From positions 1 to 51,183 of the IMG/VR virus record IMGVR_UViG_3300045988_161624: a stretch of 51,183 nucleotides of DNA; one strand, given 5' to 3'. The stretch comes from a virus. Both the position numbers and the translations under genes were made by a program. The stretch's first letter is position 1. Every line of letters begins with the position of its first letter. Shown piece by piece: positions 43,690 to 51,183 of the stretch. The notes beneath the pieces are model-generated. The model was given only the letters and a program-made list of their open reading frames with translations. It was not told the origin of the DNA and searched no databases.

Positions 43690-44067
43690 ATGGATATAGC
43701 AAAACTTAAACCGGCCGAACGAGTTATTGAAATTACCCACCCTGCAACCGGTGAGAATATCGGGGTTAGGGTTACTGTAATTTCACTTGTTGATGACCGG
43801 TTGAAAGCTGTCAGACGCAGATTTCAGAACAAAAAAATTGAGCTTGAAAAACGCGGAAAGACGTTTAAGGCTGATGATTTGGAAGAAAATGCGATTGAAT
43901 TGCTTTTAAATGCTATTACAAGCTGGGATTGGTACGACGCCGATTTTGGTGGGGAAAAATTGGCTTTTAACGAGAAAAACGTTAAAATGGTTTTAGACGC
44001 ACTTCCATGGTTTAAGAATCAAATTGTGGAGGCAATCGACGACGAAAAAGCTTTTTTTCAGAGTTGA
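43690..44067 (+). CDS. tail assembly chaperone (gpG-like)
   Basis: 125 aa between the major tail and tape measure genes. Ends just after the T7 slippery run. Confidence 0.7.
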   Translation: MDIAKLKPAERVIEITHPATGENIGVRVTVISLVDDRLKAVRRRFQNKKIELEKRGKTFKADDLEENAIELLLNAITSWDWYDADFGGEKLAFNEKNVKMVLDALPWFKNQIVEAIDDEKAFFQS

Positions 44068-44471
44068 AAATAAATCTGGTCGAGGCCGTACGGGTATTTG
44101 TCCGGTACGACCTCCCAGACGAAAAAGGGGATACCCGAAGGGAACGAAATGAAAGAGTAGGTGTTTATACACCGCCTTTTGAAATTCCCGAAGATGGAAT
44201 ATATTTGTGGAATTGGTTTATTGACTTAAATAACAGTATTTCACGGGTTGATTTTAACGGTTATTATTGTTTGATACCGCCCTCCGAGTTTCTTGCTTGG
44301 TCGACAATTACAGGAAACGGATTATACCCGGAAGAGTATGATATTTTGAAAAGTATGGATGCGGTATATTGCAAGGAAACAAATGCAGATATACAATCTA
44401 AACGGGCGAGAGAGGATGAAGCTCGAAAAAGGGAAGTGAAAGCTAAAAGTTCAAGAGTGCGGAGAAGGTAA
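43690..44471 (+). CDS. tail assembly chaperone G-T fusion made by -1 programmed frameshift
   Basis: T TTT TTT heptamer at 44052-44058 in XXY YYZ phase. The -1 frame is open from 44058 to 44471. The downstream ORF has no ATG or SD of its own. Confidence 0.65.
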
Positions 44472-46727
44472 ATGGCTAGAGATATTTTAAATGTAGGTTT
44501 CGCTGTTGAAACTTCTCAGCTTGAAAAAGGTATTTCCGCCCTTAGCACTTTTAGCACGTCTGCAAAATCTGCAAATTCAAACGCTCAGGCAATCGGAACA
44601 GCTATGAACAAAGCGGCTGTTACTTTTGCCGGAGCCGTTGCAGGTATGAGCCGCAGTATTGCAAGTTTGGTGTCTGCTACTAAAACAGCAACGGTTGAAG
44701 AAGTTGCGGCTGCTAAAGAGGCATCTGATTTTGCTAACAGCATTTATCGTGCTGCACAAGCTCAGGATACATTAACTACCAGCACACAGAAAACTACCCG
44801 TAGCTTGCAGAATATGTATTCCGCAATGCTTAAAGCTGCTTCCAGTGAAAGTATTTTGGATAGGATTAATAGAGTTACCGGTGTTAGCGGATTGACTAAC
44901 AAATCCGCCGAATATTCTGCTGAATTTTTTAAACGTTCCACAACTAAAGAAGAATGGAATGCTATGACGGGTACTCTTGCTAGGGACCAGATGCCTAACA
45001 GATTTAATACCGCTAATATTGCCGCACAGTTTCAAGATATTGGTGTAACGGCCGCGATGGGTATGAATCCGTTGCTTATTGCTTTGCAACAAGGTACTCA
45101 GTTGTCGGCAGTATTGAACAGTATGGAAAAACCTATACAAGGTTTAGCTGATGCTTTTAAACAAATTATCAATCCGACTTCATTGTGGACTATCGCTTTA
45201 ACAGCTTTAGCTGTTGTCGGATTGCAAATGGTCGATTGGATTGGGGTAGCTCAAAGTAGTTTAAACGGTCTTGCGAGCGCTATGGATTTTGTGGCATCTC
45301 ATTCGGATAGTTTTGGTGCTGTATTGACGGGATTGGTAGGTGTTATAGGTGTTATTAAGTTTGAATCTATTAAAACAGGATTATCATCTGTCATTTCCGT
45401 AGCTTCAAAAGTTTTTACAACGTTTACAAGTTGGTCGAAATTAGTTAAAGTTTTTAACAACATTAAAAAATCAATAGTAGAATTGAAAGTTGTCACCTGG
45501 GCGTTAGCAAATCCTGTTAAAGCTGTTACTGCGGTAATTTTAGCAGGTGTAACAGCGTGGGCTGCGTTTAGTGAAGCTGGAAGAAATGCTTTAAATAAAA
45601 CAATAGGTTATACTTTAGCAGCAGCTTATTCTATCGGCGGTGCTATGGAAGCCGGTTTTAAAAGTATTTATAAAGGTTTTGACGAAGCTTTCGGTGAATT
45701 ATCAGATAAGATGAAGGAAATTGCAGGTAAGGATTATATCGCCGCAGTAGATGATATTATTGGTTCAGTAGCGTCTGCGGCGTCTGCGAAATTTGAAGAA
45801 TGGTCTAACAGTTTGAATAAGATAGATAAAAAAACCAAAAAAGTTATAGAAGCTTGGGCGGATTTACAGAACCAAATGAATCAGGATATATCCGGAGCAC
45901 AACTTGAACAACGGCTCATTGGTGTTGATACATATACTTCCGAGTATGAAAAAACAAGAGCAGATTTAATGAATCAAGCAACAAATGCCGGGATACCTTT
46001 AACACCGGATAAAATTGCATATATAGAAGAAGCTTCGGACAGTTTAGCTCGTACAAGAGAAGAAACTGAAAAATTAAACGATGTTTTCAACACTTCTAAA
46101 TCAATAACCAATTCGTTTTTTCAAGACATGCGTACAGGTTTGCGAGATGGAGCGTCCGCTTGGGAAGCTTTTGGTAATGCCGCATTGAATGTTTTAGATA
46201 GTATTTTAAGTAAAATGACGGATGTTGGTGTTGATTATTTGTTCAACGCTATGGGGGCTGCCGGTTGGTTTTCCGGTAATAGTGCTGAATTTTCAACAGC
46301 TTCTGGTGGTTTTGATTACGTAGGGTACGACGATGCTTTTAATGCAGGAATGGCAGACGCAGGGCTTTTCGCTAAAGGTGGAGCATTTACCAACGGTGTT
46401 TATAACTCACCAACATTATTTAAATTTGCAAACGGTGGACAATTTGGTGTAATGGGTGAAGCTGGTCCTGAGGCTGTTATGCCTTTACGTCGCGGTCCAG
46501 ATGGTTCTTTAGGTGTCGATGCCGAAGGTATAGGCGGTAATAATGTAGTTGTTAACGTTATTAATAATTCAAATGCTCAGGCAAGTGTAAATCAACGAGA
46601 AACTAGACAAGGAACTGAAATTGATGTATTGATAGACCAAACAGTTGCTCAAAAGATGACTCAACAAGGTTCTTATTCAAATAATGCTTTAAATGCTTAT
46701 AGTAATCGTCGATTGGTTATGAGGTAA
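44472..46727 (+). CDS. tape measure protein
   Basis: 751 aa, with a helical N-terminus and hydrophobic central segments. Canonical position. Confidence 0.85.
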   Translation: MARDILNVGFAVETSQLEKGISALSTFSTSAKSANSNAQAIGTAMNKAAVTFAGAVAGMSRSIASLVSATKTATVEEVAAAKEASDFANSIYRAAQAQDTLTTSTQKTTRSLQNMYSAMLKAASSESILDRINRVTGVSGLTNKSAEYSAEFFKRSTTKEEWNAMTGTLARDQMPNRFNTANIAAQFQDIGVTAAMGMNPLLIALQQGTQLSAVLNSMEKPIQGLADAFKQIINPTSLWTIALTALAVVGLQMVDWIGVAQSSLNGLASAMDFVASHSDSFGAVLTGLVGVIGVIKFESIKTGLSSVISVASKVFTTFTSWSKLVKVFNNIKKSIVELKVVTWALANPVKAVTAVILAGVTAWAAFSEAGRNALNKTIGYTLAAAYSIGGAMEAGFKSIYKGFDEAFGELSDKMKEIAGKDYIAAVDDIIGSVASAASAKFEEWSNSLNKIDKKTKKVIEAWADLQNQMNQDISGAQLEQRLIGVDTYTSEYEKTRADLMNQATNAGIPLTPDKIAYIEEASDSLARTREETEKLNDVFNTSKSITNSFFQDMRTGLRDGASAWEAFGNAALNVLDSILSKMTDVGVDYLFNAMGAAGWFSGNSAEFSTASGGFDYVGYDDAFNAGMADAGLFAKGGAFTNGVYNSPTLFKFANGGQFGVMGEAGPEAVMPLRRGPDGSLGVDAEGIGGNNVVVNVINNSNAQASVNQRETRQGTEIDVLIDQTVAQKMTQQGSYSNNALNAYSNRRLVMR

Positions 46728-46729
46728 AA

Positions 46730-47062
46730 ATGATAATTTGGCCTTCGAAATTTAAAATATTAAGAGACAATTTTCAATTGTTACCAGTTAGCCGTGTTTT
46801 AAGTTCTGACATGGATATTGGGCCAGCAAAAAAACGGCGCCGTACAGTTATGAAATTAATGAATGTTTCATTTTCAATGTATATGAAACAAGATGTTTTT
46901 GACGAATTTATGGATTTTTATTACGATAACGATGCTACCGTATTTTATTTCCCTCGTCCTGATACAAAAACAACAGTTTCCGCTCGTTTTATCGCCGCCC
47001 CTAGCGCAACTTTTGTTGAAAGTCTTTGGCAAGTTTCGGTTCAACTGGAGTTCTTACCGTGA
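46730..47062 (+). CDS. minor tail protein (gpM-like)
   Basis: 110 aa directly after the tape measure gene. Ends ..VSVQLEFLP. Confidence 0.55.
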   Translation: MIIWPSKFKILRDNFQLLPVSRVLSSDMDIGPAKKRRRTVMKLMNVSFSMYMKQDVFDEFMDFYYDNDATVFYFPRPDTKTTVSARFIAAPSATFVESLWQVSVQLEFLP

Positions 47063-47556
47063 TTAGTGATAATTTACGACAAGTTTCATACGCTCAGGAA
47101 ACAGACGTTGCCGTCATCATTTTATTGACATTGCGAACAAATGATTTGCCTGACGCTATAAGAATTTGCAGTACACCAGTTGAAAAATTTGCTGATTTGG
47201 GCGAAAATGTTTATGGTTGTACAAGTAACGGGCAAAGGTATCTTTTCTTGCCTTTTAACATTGTCTTGCCGCAAGACGATAAAACCGGGGCTGTAACAGC
47301 AAAATTAACGATTGATAACGTCAATAGACAAATTGTACAATATGCCAGAGAAACCAAATCAGCCATTAATGTTGATATTCAGGTAATTTTGTCTAATGAT
47401 TTGAACGCTGTAGAATTAGAGTTTAAGGACTTTAAGCTTACTAATGTCAGTTATGATGCTTTTACGGTTTCCGGGGATTTGTCTGTTGATTACCTTGGTC
47501 TTGAACCATTTCCTTGCGGTCGTTTTACACCGTCTGGTTTTCCGGGATTGTTCTAA
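47059..47556 (+). CDS. minor tail protein (DUF1833 / gpL-position)
   Basis: GTGA overlap start. LLTLRTNDL..IRI.. YLFLPFNIVLPQDD..AKLTIDNVNRQIV. Confidence 0.55.
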   Translation: MISDNLRQVSYAQETDVAVIILLTLRTNDLPDAIRICSTPVEKFADLGENVYGCTSNGQRYLFLPFNIVLPQDDKTGAVTAKLTIDNVNRQIVQYARETKSAINVDIQVILSNDLNAVELEFKDFKLTNVSYDAFTVSGDLSVDYLGLEPFPCGRFTPSGFPGLF

Positions 47557-47951
47557 TGTGGAGTGACAAATATATATCAATACCTTTTGCAGATCATGGT
47601 CGTTCTAAAAACGGCTGTGATTGTTGGGGCTTGGTAACTGTCGTATATAAAGAAAAATTTAATGTTGATTTACCTCTGTTATTAGACTATGATAGCATAA
47701 AAGACGTTCGGCATATAACTACCTTGTGCAAAAATGAGTGTGAGAATTGGCATGAAATACCTAAAGGCGAAGAACAAGCTTACGATGTACTTGTTTTTAA
47801 CATTTTGGGCGCTCCATGTCATGTTGCGCTTGTGGTTGAAAAAGGATTAATGCTACATACGGAAAAAGGGATTGGAACGCATATAAGCGAGTACAATCGA
47901 GATAAACAATGGTGTTTAAGGCTTGCAGGGGTTTACAGATATGTTAAATGA
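47556..47951 (+). CDS. NlpC/P60 peptidase-type tail protein (gpK-like)
   Basis: TAATG overlap start. NGCDCWGLV catalytic Cys context and CHVALVV His. Confidence 0.75.
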   Translation: MWSDKYISIPFADHGRSKNGCDCWGLVTVVYKEKFNVDLPLLLDYDSIKDVRHITTLCKNECENWHEIPKGEEQAYDVLVFNILGAPCHVALVVEKGLMLHTEKGIGTHISEYNRDKQWCLRLAGVYRYVK

Positions 47952-50900
47952 AGACATAATTGTTCAAAAATCTGTTTTGCCGTTTAGGCAAGATTTTGAA
48001 ACCCTGCATCTCGAAAATTGCAAAACACCCAGGGAAATTGTCAATAAACTTGTACCTTTTAATTTTGTTGATTGTAGACTTGTTGTAACGCTCGACGGTG
48101 AAATATTACCGGAAGAAAAATGGGGTCAACAACTTAAAAAAGGTCAGCTTGTAGGGCTTAATTATATCCCCACAGGAGGGGGTGACGGTGGTAAGAATGT
48201 TCTCACGGCTGTTGCGGTAATAGTTGCCGCTATAGCTATACCTGCTCTTGCAGGGAGTTTAGCTTTGATGGCCGGTAATGCTGCTGTAGCAGCAGGGGCA
48301 GGGGCGTTTGGTGCTGGTATAGGTGGTTTTACAGGATTGGCCGCGGCCGCTTATGCAGCAACATATGGAGTAGTAATGATCGGTGGGTCGATGTTGCTCT
48401 CTATGGCGACAAGTTCGCTTATGTCAACACCAAGTCAATCTTTTGGTACATCAAGTTATAAAGAATCTCAAACTCAATTTGTTGAGGGTGCTTCGAACGC
48501 TGTTAATAAATTCGGGGTTATACCGGTTAATTTGGGAACAAACAGAATGTTCCCTCCGCAAGCCGCACTTCCTTATACAGAGAGCAGTAGTAACGATCAA
48601 TATTGCCGTCAGTTATTTACTTATGGATACGGAAAAGTAAGTGTTGTTGAACGTAAATTAGGTGAAACAGCTTTAGACGAATATGATTATGTGGAAATTG
48701 AAGACAAGCTTGATGCAGATTTAAATTCCGGCACAAAATTGTATGCTAATGACGTGTATCAGGAAGACTTTAGCATTAAAGTTACAAAAGCTGAATCCCC
48801 TTTCACTCGCGTAACGCAGAAAGATTGTGACGAATGTATTTTGGATTTTACGTTTCAGGGATTAGTACAAGTTATTACTGCCGGTAAATATGCAGGATTA
48901 AAATTAAAAACTACCGTTCAATTTGAGGTTCAATACGCTCCGGTTAATACAGAAGATTGGAGTACGTCAATCAACGGTGCTACAATCAAAGAACAGTCGA
49001 TAACTGCTAATATAAGTGTTTATTTGTTATACAGATTTTTAAATACTTGGGTTTGCCGTCGTTATTTTCTTGCTTTAAATACACAAACCGGTGATATAAG
49101 TATTCATTCTGTTGATTCTAAAGTTAACAGACTTGAATATCCGTCTTTGTCTTCTGAATATGTTTATCTTGGTTATTATGAAAATGGTTCTTTTCATGAT
49201 TTAAGACAAAACCTTGTAGGCTCTTCGATTAAAAGTATCGATGATTTTGTTGTTACGACCGACGCTGCTGATAAATCAAACGCTTTGATAACTGTTGGAA
49301 GTGGTAGTATTCTTGGTACGACTTCAACAATGACAGTAACTGACGCAACTTCAAGAGTTTTAAGAGTTTCTCGGCGAATTGTTTTCCCGGTTAGAGGTCA
49401 ATATCAAATAAAAGTTACTCGTTTAACGAATGATTCGAATGATGAAGCTTTGTCGAATGATTCGTATTGGACAGCGTTAAAATCTATAACTTATCGGAAC
49501 CCGGTTAATTTTCCGGATATTTCCGGTACAGCTATAAGAATTAAAGCTACAGACCAGTTGAACGGTACTATATCGTCTTACAACGCCATTGTTTCAACTC
49601 TTATCAAATCTTATAATCCTGAAACAAATCTTTGGGAAAATGATGTTGCCAGCTCTAATCCGGCAGACATTTTCAGATATGTTTTACAGTCTCCGGCTTT
49701 TGCAAAGCATGAACAAATTACTGATGATAAAATTGATTTGGAAAAGCTGAAAGAGTGGTGGATTTATTGTAATTCATTGAATCTTACGTTTAATAAAGTT
49801 GTAGATTCAGATACAAGTATTGACGATGTTTTAAATGATATTTGTGCTGCGGGTGTTGCAACATTATCAAAAGTTAATAATATTTTTAGTGTTGTTATCG
49901 ATAATGAACGCCCTTATGTTAAAGGGTTGGTAACACCTCGTAACAGTTGGGATTATAAAGGAAATATCAGTTATCCAGAACTTCCTGATGCTTTGCGTGT
50001 TGAATTTCGCAACGCTGAAGCAGGTTACGAAACTGACGAACGCATTGTTTACAGAGACGGATTTGACGAAAGCAATGCTAAATTATTTGAACGTTTGGAA
50101 TTTGCGAGTTGTACAAATGCTGATTTAGCTTATTGGTATGGTAGACGTTATTTTGCTACGGCTTTGTTGCAACCGGAAACCCATTCATTCAAAATGGATT
50201 TCGAACATCTTACTTTTAACCGCGGCGACCGTATCAACCTTGTTAACGATGTTATTCTTGTCGGTGTCGGGCAGGGGCGTATTAAAGAGTTGCTTATAGA
50301 CGATACAGGTAATGTTACAGGTTTTGTTATTGACGATGAGGTAAATATTCCGACAACGAAGAATTTTGCAGTTCGTATTCGTGATAATAATGCCAAAGGT
50401 TTTAATTATTATTTGCTGGAGCAATTTGTCGGAACCAGTGATACATTTAATTTCGCACAACCTTTAACGGCTGAAAATGCCCCCTCCATCGGTAGTCTTT
50501 GTGCATTTGTTGAAGACGGCAAAGAGCTTGATTTAATCATAACACAGATAAAAACCGCCAGTAATGAAACGGCCACAATTACCGCTGTAGACTATTCCCC
50601 GGCACGTTTTGACCCGATTGAAGAGTTTCCTGAATGGACAAGCAACATTACAATTCCCGGAGATTTTTACAAACCTTATGCTCCTGAATTAAATGGAGAA
50701 ATTCAATCAGACGAATCTGTCATGATTAGAAATTCCGATGGTTCTTTAACTTCGGTTATGATTATACCTCTTAAAAATATTAATGAAAGTTCAGTAATTC
50801 CGGTAATACAGATGAGAATTACAGGTGCTACTGAATGGTTTGTACCAAATACTTTGAAAAATGATTCGAACGAACTAGTTTTAACAGGTCTTAGTGACGG

Positions 50901-51183
50901 GTCGTATTATGATATAAGCATTCGTTATCAACGTCAAACAGGTTTGCAACTGCTTTCGGATGCTTTGTTTATGAACAATGTTAAATTTATCGGCGGTTCA
51001 ACACCTCCTAAAGATGTTAAAAACTTTAGGGTTACTGTTACAAACGGATTGGCTCTTTTTGAATGGACCCCAAATGATGACATCGATATATCTCATTATG
51101 TAATCAAGTATTCTTTAGATACAAAAGATGTTAGTTGGGAAAGTGCACAAACAGCCGTAGCAAGAGTTACCAGTAATACCGTT
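47941..51183 (+). CDS. gpI-like domain fused to gpJ-like central tail fibre / host specificity protein (continues at 1..916, about 1367 aa in total)
   Basis: Hand translation shows no stop across 47941-48720 or 50101-50290. No stop-bounded + strand ORF of 60 aa or more is listed in this frame up to the window end. The N-terminus has a Gly/Ala-rich hydrophobic segment and NKFGVIPVNLGTNRMF (gpI-like). Later, FASCTNADLAYWYGRRYFATALLQPETHSF is gpJ/Phage-tail_3-like. Confidence 0.8.
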   Translation, partial: MLNEDIIVQKSVLPFRQDFETLHLENCKTPREIVNKLVPFNFVDCRLVVTLDGEILPEEKWGQQLKKGQLVGLNYIPTGGGDGGKNVLTAVAVIVAAIAIPALAGSLALMAGNAAVAAGAGAFGAGIGGFTGLAAAAYAATYGVVMIGGSMLLSMATSSLMSTPSQSFGTSSYKESQTQFVEGASNAVNKFGVIPVNLGTNRMFPPQAALPYTESSSNDQYCRQLFTYGYGKVSVVERKLGETALDEYDYVEIEDKLDADLNSGTKLYANDVYQEDFSIKVTKAESPFTRVTQKDCDECILDFTFQGLVQVITAGKYAGLKLKTTVQFEVQYAPVNTEDWSTSINGATIKEQSITANISVYLLYRFLNTWVCRRYFLALNTQTGDISIHSVDSKVNRLEYPSLSSEYVYLGYYENGSFHDLRQNLVGSSIKSIDDFVVTTDAADKSNALITVGSGSILGTTSTMTVTDATSRVLRVSRRIVFPVRGQYQIKVTRLTNDSNDEALSNDSYWTALKSITYRNPVNFPDISGTAIRIKATDQLNGTISSYNAIVSTLIKSYNPETNLWENDVASSNPADIFRYVLQSPAFAKHEQITDDKIDLEKLKEWWIYCNSLNLTFNKVVDSDTSIDDVLNDICAAGVATLSKVNNIFSVVIDNERPYVKGLVTPRNSWDYKGNISYPELPDALRVEFRNAEAGYETDERIVYRDGFDESNAKLFERLEFASCTNADLAYWYGRRYFATALLQPETHSFKMDFEHLTFNRGDRINLVNDVILVGVGQGRIKELLIDDTGNVTGFVIDDEVNIPTTKNFAVRIRDNNAKGFNYYLLEQFVGTSDTFNFAQPLTAENAPSIGSLCAFVEDGKELDLIITQIKTASNETATITAVDYSPARFDPIEEFPEWTSNITIPGDFYKPYAPELNGEIQSDESVMIRNSDGSLTSVMIIPLKNINESSVIPVIQMRITGATEWFVPNTLKNDSNELVLTGLSDGSYYDISIRYQRQTGLQLLSDALFMNNVKFIGGSTPPKDVKNFRVTVTNGLALFEWTPNDDIDISHYVIKYSLDTKDVSWESAQTAVARVTSNTV
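51129..51183. repeat. 55-bp terminal overlap, identical to 1..55
   Basis: Direct comparison. Confidence 0.95.

Noticed and set aside
1-51183. Search for CRISPR arrays, tRNA/tmRNA, integrase/attP, reverse transcriptase (DGR/retron), toxin-antitoxin pairs and known multi-gene defence systems
   Set aside because: No spaced direct repeats, cloverleaf candidates, recombinase motifs (tyrosine or serine type) or RT YxDD motif were seen in any long ORF. The stand-alone RNase H has no RT partner.

Overview
The window appears to be one complete, circularly closed tailed-phage genome. Nt 1-55 are identical to nt 51129-51183, giving a unit length of 51,128 bp, and a lambda gpI/gpJ-like tail gene runs in frame across that junction. 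No rRNA, tRNA, CRISPR array, integrase or CI-type repressor was recognised.

Module order on the + strand unless stated:
- Tail fibres: 917-3812.
- Orphan genes: 3957-6872.
- Lysis cassette (XhlA-like, membrane protein, SleB-type endolysin, overlapped i/o-spanins): 6938-8677.
- RNase H: 8768-9193.
- Leftward replication module (family-B-like polymerase, HExxH protein, MazG-like, DUF2815-like SSB, GapR/DUF2312-like, truncated SPFH, DUF2800-like nuclease): 9296-16422.
- Rightward replication and modification module (SF2 helicase, second HExxH protein, VRR-NUC, TetR-like HTH, N6-MTase on the - strand, AlpA-like HTH, HNH/NUMOD4 endonuclease, long-TRD C5-MTase, primase/SF3 helicase): 16507-25015.
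- Leftward early operon of about 27 small unknown genes, including four DUF1566-like paralogues: 25133-32390.
- Structured non-coding region of about 390 bp: 32453-32841.
- Late structural operon (TerS, TerL, portal, scaffold, P22-like coat, head-completion proteins, major tail protein, G/G-T chaperones, tape measure, gpM/DUF1833/NlpC-P60/gpI-J): 32842 through the junction to 916.

Observations most worth follow-up:
1. A G11 tract followed by TAACTAA inside the receptor-binding tail-fibre gene.
2. A duplicated promoter and structured-leader cassette in front of the major capsid and major tail genes.
3. Peptide motifs shared between the SSB tail, a 240-aa protein and the polymerase C-terminus.
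4. Four DUF1566-like paralogues in the early operon.
5. A GC-rich mosaic packaging module whose junctions fall inside genes.

All functional calls rest on motifs read by eye and on gene order. No database search was run.
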